From: an uncultured bacterium
GTDB lineage: Bacteria; Bacteroidota; Ignavibacteria; Kapaibacteriales; UBA2268
Direction: 5' to 3'
Assembly (NCBI GenBank): GCA_942492935.1
Contig: OW818654.1
Location: forward strand, 1,515,219 to 1,579,218
Length of the DNA stretch: 64,000 nt
Shown: positions 46,501-55,269 of the stretch, one piece after another
Position numbering within the stretch: position 1 is the stretch's first letter
How the letters are laid out: each line of letters starts with the position of its first letter
Made by a program: the position numbers and the translations under genes
Notes under the pieces: generated by a model
Told to the model about the DNA's origin: nothing
The model's database searches: none
What the model saw: the letters and a program-made list of their open reading frames with translations, nothing else

Positions 46501-47475
46501 TATTCCATCTTGACCGCTGAAACCACTATAACCCGATGTAGAATTTCCCGAATAGCCACTAAATCCCGATGTTCCCGGAATACCAATTCCCGAACCATCT
46601 GCACCTGAATATCCCGAAAATCCACTTTCGCCTTGAATACCTTGATCGCCTTTCTCGCCACTGAAGCCCGAATAACCACTCAAACCTAAGCCCGAATAGC
46701 CACTGAAGCCCGAAGTTCCAACTCCACTGTAACCCGAAATTCCTCTCGAACCAACTGCACCCGAAAAACCGCTATATCCACTTGCACCATCTGAACCCGA
46801 ATAACCAACTCCCGAAAATCCACTTAGACCTTGCTCGCCTTTTTGTCCGCTGTAGCCACTAAATCCTGATGTTGCAATTCCCGAATAACCACTGAATCCA
46901 CTTGTTCCCGGAATACCAATACCTGAACCATCTGCACCCGAAAAGCCCGAATAACCACTGAAGCCACTTGGTCCATTTGCACCAATAATTCCATCTTGTC
47001 CCGAATAACCGCTGTAACCCGAAACTGAAATTCCCGAATAACCACTATACCCTGATGTAGAAACTCCACTGTAGCCCGAAAATCCACTTGTTCCCGGAAT
47101 ACCAATACCCGAACCATCTGCACCCGAATAACCGCTGTATCCACTTTCGCCAGAATAACCAACTCCCGAATAACCACTGTAGCCCGAAGTTGATAATCCA
47201 GAATATCCGCTGAAGCCACTTTCACCCGAAAATCCAAGTCCGCTGAAACCCGAAAAGCCCGATGTTCCCGGAATACCTACACCTGAACCATCAAGTCCAC
47301 TATATCCTGACATCCCAGAAAATCCTGAAAAACCACTGAACCCCGATCCTCCAGAATAGCCACTGAAACCGCTTTCTCCGTCATAACCACGTGGACCAAT
47401 TGGACCAACTGAACCACCGCCACCACCGCCGAAGCCGTTACCTTCTGTCCCAATTGGGATTGTTGAGCAACTCAT
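43564..47475 (-). CDS. Giant collagen-like repeat protein (1303 aa), candidate fibre/spike
   Basis: Hundreds of SG(F/Y/W)SG and G-X-Y units (…GFSGYSGIGTSGFSGYSGQKGEQG…, …GPKGDTGTAGASG…). A ~230-aa non-repetitive central domain lies around 44.1-44.8 kb. The C-terminal tail CCYNCVELVALLNACN is Cys-rich. Confidence 0.75.
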   Translation of the reverse strand: MSCSTIPIGTEGNGFGGGGGGSVGPIGPRGYDGESGFSGYSGGSGFSGFSGFSGMSGYSGLDGSGVGIPGTSGFSGFSGLGFSGESGFSGYSGLSTSGYSGYSGVGYSGESGYSGYSGADGSGIGIPGTSGFSGYSGVSTSGYSGYSGISVSGYSGYSGQDGIIGANGPSGFSGYSGFSGADGSGIGIPGTSGFSGYSGIATSGFSGYSGQKGEQGLSGFSGVGYSGSDGASGYSGFSGAVGSRGISGYSGVGTSGFSGYSGLGLSGYSGFSGEKGDQGIQGESGFSGYSGADGSGIGIPGTSGFSGYSGNSTSGYSGFSGQDGIDGESGISGYSGQDGTDGESGISGFSGQDGAEGTSGFSGYSGIGTSGFSGYSGIGTSGFSGYSGIGTSGFSGYSGIGTSGFSGWSGVSGYSGQDGSGIGIPGTSGFSGYSGLSTSGYSGQDGLSGFSGYSGIGTSGFSGWSGKSGYSGQDGSGIGIPGESGFSGYSGIGTSGFSGWSGKSGYSGIGTSGFSGYSGQKGDQGISGFSGIGTSGFSGWSGKSGYSGIGTSGFSGRSGFSGYSGIGTSGYSGFSGAGSSGFSGYSGQKGDTGLSGFSGIGTQGISGFSGFSGQKGEQGLSGFSGVGTSGFSGYSGIGTSGLSGFSGIGTSGFSGFSGIGTQGISGFSGYSGIGTSGYSGYSGLDGSGIGVPGISGFSGYSGEKGEQGIQGESGLSGFSGQDGSGIGIPGESGFSGYSGTSTSGYSGYSGFSGVGTSGFSGYSGIGTSGFSGQNGIQGESGISGYSGIGTSGFSGWSGKSGFSGWSGKSGIGTSGFSGYSGQSTSGFSGYSGQQGTQGTSGFSGRSGFSGYSGQDGISGYSGVGTSGATGPKGDTGTAGASGYSGYSGASSDGGAGNETFFFTNDASDKAGFRVISRCKPSHAEVNFTSFTNLKFLANAFEPAGDIFPFGKWFFNLNVTSSGSAYLTFKFYALEADGTETYKGQISTDTLPVSGIYTFLADLSCFSWESGHRLVVKVEQTGGVTGFKVGNSTDPLITPYFSHPIIPNTMQTNTLRHNNTIIDSKKNWQTANFKDFSGTVAEPLTVYGQWQISGYSGATEDYTRISGFTGDISLKLWVDKSGLSGYSGYSGWSGASGKSGFSGASGASGAKGESGISGQNGTDGLSGYSGANGQAQSGISGYSGQNGTNGISGYSGQNGSNGISGYSGLNGLDGLSGYSGQNGQDGASGISGYSGWFSGINGASGYSGQNGADGISGYSGQNGLDGASGASGCCYNCVELVALLNACNIVYNEAAPVNKWSIGA

Positions 47476-47478
47476 AAT

Positions 47479-47748
47479 TTACCTTCCCTTTTCAATATCA
47501 ATTATTCTTTTTTCGTGATCCGTAACGATAGTTGTTAATTTTATCACAGATTCAGTAAAACTTTTGTGGTCGTGCTTGTTATCGTTGAACTGCAATACAA
47601 ACTTATTATTTGCATTTAAAATTCCTTCTAACAAGGTTACAATTTTATTAAAGCCTGCTATTGTTATTTTCCATAATATTACAGCTAAAATAATAAGCCC
47701 AATTATCAATGCGGGCTTTGATATTTGTTGTAATAAATTATCTTCCAT
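47479..47748 (-). CDS. Small membrane protein
   Basis: 89 aa with the TM helix ALIIGLIILAVILWKITIAGF. Confidence 0.4.
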   Translation of the reverse strand: MEDNLLQQISKPALIIGLIILAVILWKITIAGFNKIVTLLEGILNANNKFVLQFNDNKHDHKSFTESVIKLTTIVTDHEKRIIDIEKGR

Positions 47749-47823
47749 TTCTTTATTCCTGTTTTAAAAGCCCGCTTTCACGAGCTTATTATAATTTATG
47801 TTTTTATCAAATTGTAATCTGTA

Positions 47824-48150
47824 TCAACAATCTACCCATCCAGTAAATATATCATTTTTCAAAGCCGTATAAGCTGCATTGAACATAGCTTGTTTTGTAG
47901 ATTCTAAACCGTTTGGCAAAACAGCCAACGCATCGTTAATGTGTCCATAGCCGTTATACTGTCCTTGTTTGTATTTTTCGTACTCACTTAATCCTGCATC
48001 ATATCTTTGCCTTTGGTCTGCATTTGCAAAAATCAAAAAAGTTATATGATGATTACCCTTTGCAAAATCATATTGCATAGAGGTTATTTTTAAATATTCG
48101 CCTGTTGTTGCGTTTTGAATAGCCATTATAATCTTGTCTCCGTTGCCCAA
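47824..48150 (-). CDS. Hypothetical protein
   Basis: 108-aa ORF between the two collagen-like genes. Confidence 0.4.
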   Translation of the reverse strand: MGNGDKIIMAIQNATTGEYLKITSMQYDFAKGNHHITFLIFANADQRQRYDAGLSEYEKYKQGQYNGYGHINDALAVLPNGLESTKQAMFNAAYTALKNDIFTGWVDC

Positions 48151-49523
48151 ATATTTAATGAAAATCTTACTGAATTTGCACTATCGTGCTTCACTTCAAT
48201 CTTTAATGATTCGTTTGTATCGTCAGCTGTAACTTGACAATCCCAATTTGTAGTTCCACTATCAGCACCAACTACGGTTTTTGTTACAGAACCGACTAAT
48301 GATGTGTTATTACTTGCATCTCTTTTAATAGCACCAATTAACTCCCAAGTTTTCACACTAAAATCAGTTGCGTCAATAGCATTTAATTGTATTCTGAATT
48401 GATAAACTGAACTTGCAATTATTGTTAATCTTGCACTTGTAGCATCAACGAATAATTCTTGCCAAGCTGCCGAATTAGTAGTTAAATCTTTACTTGCATA
48501 TTTTTGCACAGCCAAATAAGACTTCCCATTAGCAATATAATCACCATTAATAGCCAATTCATTCGCTCTTTCGTTTACAGAATACGCTCCAAAAGCTATA
48601 GCACCTGGTCCAACTCCATTATAATTTGCTGATTTGCCTATAGCTACATCTCCACTGTTTGTGCCAGTATTTGCACCTATAGACACACCTTCGTTATATC
48701 CGTACGCACTTTTTCCAATAGCTACTCCATAGTTAAAAGATTTTGCACTGCCCCCAATCAACACTGACTCTTTATTTGCAAATACCCAATCTGTCCCATC
48801 ATAATAATATGTGCGTATTGCACCAGACCCCAAAGTATCAACTGCATTTCCTACACTTTTATAAACATACAATGCACTATTGGAATCAGCGTTATTATTC
48901 ATCACCGTAATTTTGTACCCTGCGGTGATACCTGTCGTTGGCAAATAAACATACTTGTCTGAGGTATTGTTCGGATTTAATATCTGTATTGTCGGACTAC
49001 TCGAAGTTAGTGTCTTATCAGCAGACAATGTTTCAATATTTACAGATTCACCGCCATTATTGCCACTATATCCACTGATTCCTGATGTTCCTATTCCACT
49101 ATATCCACTAAATCCCGATGTTCCTATTCCACTATAACCACTGAAGCCCGAAGTTCCTACTCCAGAATAACCTGAAATACCACTATCGCCTTGAATACCT
49201 TGTTCGCCATTTTGACCACTATATCCACTAACATTTGCACCACTATATCCACTAAATCCTGATATGCCCGGAATACCAATACCTGAACCATCTGCACCAG
49301 AATAACCTGATGTTCCACTTTCGCCTTGAATACCTTGTTCGCCTTTTTGACCACTGTAACCACTAAAGCCAGATGTTCCTACTCCCGAATAACCACTTAT
49401 TCCACTTACCCCGAAGCCCGAAAATCCAGAAAAACCAGATCCGCCACTAAATCCACTGAATCCACTCCAGCCCGAAAAACCCGATGTATCAGCCATTTGT
49501 CCTCCTAAATCCAACAAGCCCAC
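48126..49523 (-). CDS. Collagen-like repeat protein 2 (465 aa), paralogous N-terminal GYSG-repeat shaft plus a C-terminal globular domain
   Basis: The N-terminal ~190 aa carry the same SGFSGYSG/GxxGxQG repeats as the 1303-aa protein. The ~270-aa C-terminal domain is non-repetitive. Confidence 0.7.
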   Translation of the reverse strand: MGLLDLGGQMADTSGFSGWSGFSGFSGGSGFSGFSGFGVSGISGYSGVGTSGFSGYSGQKGEQGIQGESGTSGYSGADGSGIGIPGISGFSGYSGANVSGYSGQNGEQGIQGDSGISGYSGVGTSGFSGYSGIGTSGFSGYSGIGTSGISGYSGNNGGESVNIETLSADKTLTSSSPTIQILNPNNTSDKYVYLPTTGITAGYKITVMNNNADSNSALYVYKSVGNAVDTLGSGAIRTYYYDGTDWVFANKESVLIGGSAKSFNYGVAIGKSAYGYNEGVSIGANTGTNSGDVAIGKSANYNGVGPGAIAFGAYSVNERANELAINGDYIANGKSYLAVQKYASKDLTTNSAAWQELFVDATSARLTIIASSVYQFRIQLNAIDATDFSVKTWELIGAIKRDASNNTSLVGSVTKTVVGADSGTTNWDCQVTADDTNESLKIEVKHDSANSVRFSLNIWATETRL

Positions 49524-50082
49524 GAATCCGCAAGCTCAATAATGGATGATAAATATTTCTCTGTCTTACAAATACTCCGTTGCCGTTGCTTTGTGAACCA
49601 GCTTTTCCGTTTGATGTATTAAATGCAATTGTTTGAACCCATCCAGCTTTTCCAACTTTGATAACTCTTTCGATATGTCCATTGTAGCTTTTTGGATTAA
49701 TCCAAGTAATTAAATCGTGAATATTTGCTATGTAATTTGTTCTGTAATTGAATTTCTTCGCATAATTAAACGCAGAATTTGCCATTCCAGATTTTGGAAT
49801 AGGAATAGAATTTCTGTTTAATTTTAATTGATTTATAGCTTGTAAAAATGCCCAATATTGACCTGCATAACAGTACGGATTACCTTTTTTTAATCCTACT
49901 GAATGTAAGTATTTTTCAACTTCACCATCATTTTTATTCGTTTTTTCTGTAATTCCAATTTGAGAAATAGCAAAATCCTCTGAAATTTCAAGAATTTCAA
50001 AGTTACTAATTGGAATTTCATAACGAATTTGTGAAAATAAGTTGGCAGTAAGCAATAATATGAAAAATAATGACTTTTTCAT
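49489..50082 (-). CDS. Secreted CHAP-like cell-wall hydrolase candidate
   Basis: Signal peptide MKKSLFFILLLTANLFSQ. Cys context …KKGNPYCYAGQYWAF…. His context …NGHIERVIKVGKAGWVQTIAFNT…. Confidence 0.4.
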   Translation of the reverse strand: MKKSLFFILLLTANLFSQIRYEIPISNFEILEISEDFAISQIGITEKTNKNDGEVEKYLHSVGLKKGNPYCYAGQYWAFLQAINQLKLNRNSIPIPKSGMANSAFNYAKKFNYRTNYIANIHDLITWINPKSYNGHIERVIKVGKAGWVQTIAFNTSNGKAGSQSNGNGVFVRQRNIYHPLLSLRIRGLVGFRRTNG

Positions 50083-50090
50083 ATTTTAAC

Positions 50091-50426
50091 CTACATTTTA
50101 AATTGTGCAATATAAATGCCCAATACGACAATACCGACCAGTAGATGAACGGCTATCCAGACATTTCCTATCATTTTTACGAAACTGTGTTGCTCGGTTG
50201 AGCTTAGTTTTGAATCTGTACCATAAACTATTGCCTGAATGAAAGCAAATTTGGAAATTAACCAAACATTAAGCAATGACAAACCAATTGCCAAACTCTC
50301 AAAAAACAGAACATACACGATTGTACGTTGCTCTTCAATGAGTGGCTGTAAGAAAATTAGTGCTATTGTGGCGATTACTATCCACGTTAAATTCTGCACT
50401 ACCCAAGTTGAAATATCTTTTATCAT
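50091..50426 (-). CDS. Holin-like small membrane protein (3 TM helices)
   Basis: 111 aa with three hydrophobic helices. It is adjacent to the hydrolase genes. Confidence 0.4.
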   Translation of the reverse strand: MIKDISTWVVQNLTWIVIATIALIFLQPLIEEQRTIVYVLFFESLAIGLSLLNVWLISKFAFIQAIVYGTDSKLSSTEQHSFVKMIGNVWIAVHLLVGIVVLGIYIAQFKM

Positions 50427-50728
50427 TTTAATAATCCATTTTTATATAAATATGCTTCAATATATCCAATTGCAATTTTTTTTGTAATTGAACCGTATTT
50501 TGAGAAGTCTAAACCTGAAATTAATGTTGCCAATTCTTGCGGACAGCCCTGTAATTCTAATTGAATTGGAATAGCTTTTCCTACTCGTTTTGGTATGTTG
50601 TAACGTATGACTAATTGCTTAATCTGTTCAATTTTAGTTGCTACCTGTTGTTTTGGAACTCTCGAAAAATCTATTTTCTTAGCAAGTTCCAACAGTTCTT
50701 TAGGTAAATCAGATGCAATACTTATCAT
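50423..50728 (-). CDS. Hypothetical protein
   Basis: 101 aa. Start/stop overlaps on both sides. Confidence 0.4.
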   Translation of the reverse strand: MISIASDLPKELLELAKKIDFSRVPKQQVATKIEQIKQLVIRYNIPKRVGKAIPIQLELQGCPQELATLISGLDFSKYGSITKKIAIGYIEAYLYKNGLLK

Positions 50729-51510
50729 TAGAAAACCTCATTCTGATTTGTAGAATATTGCGGAGGAGCTTGTGGAATTTGTTGCGTTTGTGGTTGTGGT
50801 GCTGGTTGCCCCACATTCCAATCACGCATTTTCTTTTCTGCAAATGCTCCAAGTATTTGACCACCTAATGACAATATTCCTGCAACTGCGGGATGTGCTA
50901 AACCACTCGAAAGAGCATCAGCAAGAGCTTCACCGTCCTGTTGCTTGTCAATTACTGACTGAAATCTTGCTTTGAAATCTTCAAATTCTTTATTTCTAAG
51001 TTCCAATTCCTTGAGTATAGCTTCTTTTTCACTTTGTAATTTTATAATTTGTCTATCAGAATCCAAAATATGATCCCGAAGTTCAGTTTCTGTTTTTTCA
51101 AGATTGTAAATTCTTTTTTCTTTAATTGATAATTGTTCTTTTATTGTCTTATTATGTTCAATATTAGCTTTGTTGTCGCTGTAATTGTATGCGGAAGGTA
51201 CGAAAGAACTACCATTATCAGCTAAGCCCTCTGGCTTAGGATTGAACGGCATCGGCATACCTTCACCAATATATTTCCTGTCCCCATTTTCAATTTGGGA
51301 AACAGTAATTTTGTCCCTTGCAGAATATTTGCAGGGATTTTTTTCCAAGAACTCCTCGAAATCCGAAACATTAAATCTATCCAATAATTGTTGTCCGCTG
51401 TAGCTATAATTCATAGGATTATTGGTATATTCCACATTATGATTATTGGTACAGTTTAATTTTCTTTTACCAAATGAATAGGTTTTTTCTGGATTAAATG
51501 TAAGTGGCAT
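50728..51510 (-). CDS. Coiled-coil protein with a Q/P-rich C-terminus
   Basis: …KEQLSIKEKRIYNLEKTETELRDHILDSDRQIIKLQSEKEAILKELELRNKEFEDFKARFQSV… is a coiled coil. The tail PAPQPQTQQIPQAPPQ is Q/P-rich. Confidence 0.45.
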   Translation of the reverse strand: MPLTFNPEKTYSFGKRKLNCTNNHNVEYTNNPMNYSYSGQQLLDRFNVSDFEEFLEKNPCKYSARDKITVSQIENGDRKYIGEGMPMPFNPKPEGLADNGSSFVPSAYNYSDNKANIEHNKTIKEQLSIKEKRIYNLEKTETELRDHILDSDRQIIKLQSEKEAILKELELRNKEFEDFKARFQSVIDKQQDGEALADALSSGLAHPAVAGILSLGGQILGAFAEKKMRDWNVGQPAPQPQTQQIPQAPPQYSTNQNEVF

Positions 51511-52196
51511 TAGTAAAACTCCTTATAAGTCGCTGTAGAACTATCAAAATTTAATTTTGATGATGTTTTTTCATTGGATGCAAGATTACCACCGGGAACA
51601 AAACCAAGTGAAGCAAATACTTTGTCTTTATATTTTGCACCTTCTTTTTTGTTACCACCGGGAAAACTGCCTTGATTATAAGCTGTAACTGCTTTAGTCA
51701 TATCGTTTTTGTAACGTTTAGTCTGATAAGCAAGTTCGTAAACTGACAACATAATTGCATAATCGGGATCGTTCAAAATACGGTCCTGATTTTCTGCAAC
51801 TGTTGATGTTGGATAGACTTTTGAACAACTAAACATAGCTGGAGCAAATTCTACCTTGAGTCTTTTCTTTTCATTTTCACGTTGAGTACAAATTAGCATC
51901 TGCATAATTCCACGTGCTGTGCTTTTTTTATTACGAGCCGTAGTATTATAGCTTGATTCTACATTTGCAATAGCTACAACGTGAGAAGCAATTGTTTCTG
52001 GTTTAATTCCATACGTGCCTGCAATGTTTTTTGCGTGCTTTAATGCAATGGAATATACTGTATTTTTATCCATTTTTGGCATTGACTGTACCTGTTCCTG
52101 TCCAAAAAGTAACGACACAAATAATTGGGTATCTCTGAAGATGATTATAAGCATCACGTAAATCAATTCTTTGCCATACTGCTCCGTGTGCTTCAA
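51510..52196 (-). CDS. Lytic transglycosylase (SLT domain); the start is probably internal, near 52073-52082
   Basis: …IANVESSYNTTARNKKSTARGIMQ… carries the catalytic E-S and the A-x-G-x-MQ motif. …TAYNQG is also present. The protein ends in …TYKEFY. Confidence 0.7.
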   Translation of the reverse strand: MKHTEQYGKELIYVMLIIIFRDTQLFVSLLFGQEQVQSMPKMDKNTVYSIALKHAKNIAGTYGIKPETIASHVVAIANVESSYNTTARNKKSTARGIMQMLICTQRENEKKRLKVEFAPAMFSCSKVYPTSTVAENQDRILNDPDYAIMLSVYELAYQTKRYKNDMTKAVTAYNQGSFPGGNKKEGAKYKDKVFASLGFVPGGNLASNEKTSSKLNFDSSTATYKEFY

Positions 52197-52866
52197 CAGT
52201 ATTCACTTTGCCAAGTTCTCTGTCCAAATTAACACAAAATGGTAATGGTAAACCAATTGACATATCGCCTTCATTGCCTTTATTCCCATAATTTGAACTT
52301 GTCATTCCTTTTAGAATAAATTGGTCATTGATAATTATTTGCGGTCTAAATCCGTTAGGTTGCCAATTTACAGATAATAAACCGTTTTTATAAACAGACT
52401 GTGCATAAGTTTTTGAGTACAATGGCGGTGGAGTTTGCTCTTCACCGGGTCCGATTTGTTGCGGAAAACTTTCATCTGCTGATGTAGGAATCCTACTTGC
52501 TTTAATTACATTCCAAAGGTCTTCATTTTGATATGTAGAACCTTCATACATTGAATCATAAGCGTAAAATTCTGCTTTTTCAATATACACTTTCTGTGCT
52601 TTGAAAATTTCACTCAAGTCTGTTAGAGGTCGTAAATAAGTTGAATAAGGATTATTACCTGCGTGATTATTTTTTCTTGTGGGAATTGAATCACTGTCCT
52701 GTCCGCATTTATTAAACTCGTTAATATAACCTAATGGATTACTTGTAATAAAATAATCTTTGTCATCATCAGTAACAACAATATTATTTTCTGTACTTGA
52801 CGCAAATATAGCAACTACCGTCTCTGGATAGAACCTTCTTATTTCACTATTTAATCCACAATCCAT
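52066..52866 (-). CDS. Hypothetical structural-module protein
   Basis: 266-aa ORF. Confidence 0.4.
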   Translation of the reverse strand: MDCGLNSEIRRFYPETVVAIFASSTENNIVVTDDDKDYFITSNPLGYINEFNKCGQDSDSIPTRKNNHAGNNPYSTYLRPLTDLSEIFKAQKVYIEKAEFYAYDSMYEGSTYQNEDLWNVIKASRIPTSADESFPQQIGPGEEQTPPPLYSKTYAQSVYKNGLLSVNWQPNGFRPQIIINDQFILKGMTSSNYGNKGNEGDMSIGLPLPFCVNLDRELGKVNTVEAHGAVWQRIDLRDAYNHLQRYPIICVVTFWTGTGTVNAKNG

Positions 52867-52867
52867 A

Positions 52868-53329
52868 TTATTGTATTCCTAATAATCTATATCCAATGAA
52901 TGAAATATAAACATTGTAAGGTGCAGTACCTACGGCTGATGTTGGTTTTCCATCGCCTGTAACTTCTACATTAATTTTAGTTCTTGCTGGGAATATCCAA
53001 CCTTTAAATCTAATTGAATGAACAAGATTTTTTAAATTTTCTAAATTAATTGGTTTATTAAAATAGCTTTCACCATCTTCATTTTTCAATTGCATTAGGA
53101 AATTTTGTGCTTGTTCTCTGTCTTGCAATTTATAACCACTTGCATCAGTAATATGAATTTGCAAATCTTCTACCCAAAAATCATCACTACCAATTAATAA
53201 ATCTTCACTTTGATTATCAGTAACAGTTGCTAAATCCAATCGCATATTATAAGCAAATGGGTCGTTATAATTCACTCTTGAAGCTAATTCGTTAGCTTGA
53301 ATTACTCGCCTTGCTGTTCTATTTGACAT
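52868..53329 (-). CDS. Hypothetical structural-module protein
   Basis: 153-aa ORF. A terminator lies between it and the upstream gene. Confidence 0.4.
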   Translation of the reverse strand: MSNRTARRVIQANELASRVNYNDPFAYNMRLDLATVTDNQSEDLLIGSDDFWVEDLQIHITDASGYKLQDREQAQNFLMQLKNEDGESYFNKPINLENLKNLVHSIRFKGWIFPARTKINVEVTGDGKPTSAVGTAPYNVYISFIGYRLLGIQ

Positions 53330-53356
53330 TTTAATTTCCTATTTAATTAATTATTT

Positions 53357-53405
53357 AAAAAAGTAGTGAGAGCTGGGAGTATCCTATAATCGTCAGCTCT
53401 CACTT
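53357..53405 (-). terminator. Strong rho-independent terminator on the minus strand, immediately after 53437-54072
   Basis: AGTGAGAGCTG…CAGCTCTCACT has an 11-bp stem and is followed on the minus strand by a T6 run. Confidence 0.7.
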
Positions 53406-53436
53406 GCCACACCGGAGGAGTTCCGGTAAATTTTCC

Positions 53437-54072
53437 TTAGCCGTTTACTTTAGATTTAACGCCTTTAAATTCTACCATAATATAATTGCCTTGATCAGCT
53501 GTTGAAAGAGCTGAACCTGCTTTTTTAATATATGGTGAAAGAGTAGCACTATAAGCGGCTGTAGATACTTCTTTAGCTGGAACGATTTTAACATCTGGTC
53601 TGCCACCTGCTGGCACGATAACGGGCTTAGCAAGTTTGAAAATATTGTTAAATTTATCTCTAATTCCGTAGAAAGAAGCTGTACCATTTTGATTGTCTGC
53701 CTGACGAATTTCAAAATTCACCAATTCATACAATGGAATCTTAACAACATCATCACCTTCATTTGAAATATGAAGTACAGAGTTGTTTAAGAAATATTTC
53801 AATTTAGCATTGTTCAACAATGGATCAGTATTACTAAATAAAATACCAAAATCAATGCGTAAATGAGTTAATGCAAATGCTTGAGTGTTTGATGGGAAAA
53901 CCTTACTTTTCCACATTTCATCTTTTGCATCGTTACCAAAGAAATCCATATCAACTAATGCTGTAGATGGATTAATAAACACTGTATCTCTTATCCATAC
54001 TTCATCGTTCTGGAATTGAGCGCCGTTTGAGCTACCAACGGCTTGCAAAGTTTGTTTTGCTTGAAATGACAT
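53437..54072 (-). CDS. Candidate major structural (capsid-like) protein, 211 aa
   Basis: Predicted beta-rich protein. A dedicated strong terminator follows it, which is typical of abundantly expressed structural genes. It is adjacent to a second protein of similar size. Confidence 0.35.
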   Translation of the reverse strand: MSFQAKQTLQAVGSSNGAQFQNDEVWIRDTVFINPSTALVDMDFFGNDAKDEMWKSKVFPSNTQAFALTHLRIDFGILFSNTDPLLNNAKLKYFLNNSVLHISNEGDDVVKIPLYELVNFEIRQADNQNGTASFYGIRDKFNNIFKLAKPVIVPAGGRPDVKIVPAKEVSTAAYSATLSPYIKKAGSALSTADQGNYIMVEFKGVKSKVNG

Positions 54073-54126
54073 TTTTTTGTCCTTATGAATAATTTTAAAA
54101 TAAATAAATAAATTTCTTTGTCGTGC

Positions 54127-54789
54127 TTACAGAGTTATATTTCCATAAGCTACACCATTAGCAAATTCTTCCCAATCGTCATTCAAGGATGCGGCATTGA
54201 ATCCTGCGAGATTGAAAGGATTATTTGAGTAATCAGCGAGTGGATTTGGACCATAACGAACATTCGCACTTGCAACATTAGCTGGTTCAAGCTGTAAAGG
54301 CATTGAATCATTTACAGTTTCACCACTTGGACCCGATGACACTAATATTTTAGTTCCATCTGGTCGAGTAACATATTCCATACCCGCAGGTGCAGGCATA
54401 TCATCTTGTACACCTACCGCAGGCAATGAAGCACTCACTTGAATAGAGTTCTTTGTTGCTGGTGGAATAGGTGAATTAAAAATCTTTGCTATGTATGGAT
54501 TTCCATAAACATATAACAATTTAGTACCTTTTGTAATCAAAGTACCAAGAGCAATGTAAGGTTTATCGAAGCCCAAGCCAATAGCTGTTACAATTGAACC
54601 CGAAGCAAAGTTTCCTAATGCTCCTGACATATCAATTCTGTAATTTCCATCTTCTTTACGTCCTCCCAAGCCCTGAATCATTGCGGGCAATACTTCACCT
54701 GCAACTGCACCAAGAGCCGTATAACCTGCTTTAGACCAAAATTCCTTTTGCCCTAAATAGCGACCAATCAGTTTAAAGTCAAATTTCAT
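54127..54789 (-). CDS. Candidate structural protein, 220 aa, Gly-rich N-terminal region
   Basis: Located immediately upstream of the 211-aa candidate. Confidence 0.35.
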   Translation of the reverse strand: MKFDFKLIGRYLGQKEFWSKAGYTALGAVAGEVLPAMIQGLGGRKEDGNYRIDMSGALGNFASGSIVTAIGLGFDKPYIALGTLITKGTKLLYVYGNPYIAKIFNSPIPPATKNSIQVSASLPAVGVQDDMPAPAGMEYVTRPDGTKILVSSGPSGETVNDSMPLQLEPANVASANVRYGPNPLADYSNNPFNLAGFNAASLNDDWEEFANGVAYGNITL

Positions 54790-54800
54790 TCTTCTTATCC

Positions 54801-55253
54801 TTATAATAGTTTTTTAACTGCATAGTGAGACGCAAAGCCTGTTCCTGTACCAACAAGCAAAGATGTTATCCACCCTGTTTTAAATCCATATTTAGCAATA
54901 GCTGTTGCACCTGCACCGAGAGCAACTGAAGTAATCATTTTCATATCATCGGGCATAGAAAGGGATGAAAACTTTGCCACTTGTGGTGCTGGTTCACCTG
55001 TAACCGGCGGGTAGTCCGGTGTTGGTAAATTATTAACCGGTACTGCTTCCTGCGGTCCATATACTTGCGGTGCATTATTCGGATTGGCTGGAGATTTTAT
55101 TCCAATTTGATCCTGAACCCATTTATCACCTTCATTTATGATACCACCAGCGATGTTGTTCCCGGCTTTTTCTATTCCACTCCAAATGTTATCGAAGAAA
55201 TTTTCCTCATCTTGCAAGGAAAATACTTCTGGAGTATTAGAAAATCTGTTCAT
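54801..55253 (-). CDS. Membrane protein (C-terminal TM helices), proline-rich centre
   Basis: …MITSVALGAGATAIAKYGF…WITSLLVGTGTGFASHYAV is hydrophobic. Confidence 0.4.
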   Translation of the reverse strand: MNRFSNTPEVFSLQDEENFFDNIWSGIEKAGNNIAGGIINEGDKWVQDQIGIKSPANPNNAPQVYGPQEAVPVNNLPTPDYPPVTGEPAPQVAKFSSLSMPDDMKMITSVALGAGATAIAKYGFKTGWITSLLVGTGTGFASHYAVKKLL

Positions 55254-55269
55254 TTTTAAACCTCATAAA

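Noticed and set aside
43914-47237. A dozen ORFs of 60-154 aa on the plus strand inside the minus-strand collagen-like gene (e.g. 44733-45197, 46824-47237)
   Set aside because: The low-complexity GYSG-repeat DNA keeps the antisense frames open. Their products are repetitive VVIQELE-type peptides with no start context. They are artefacts of the repeat.
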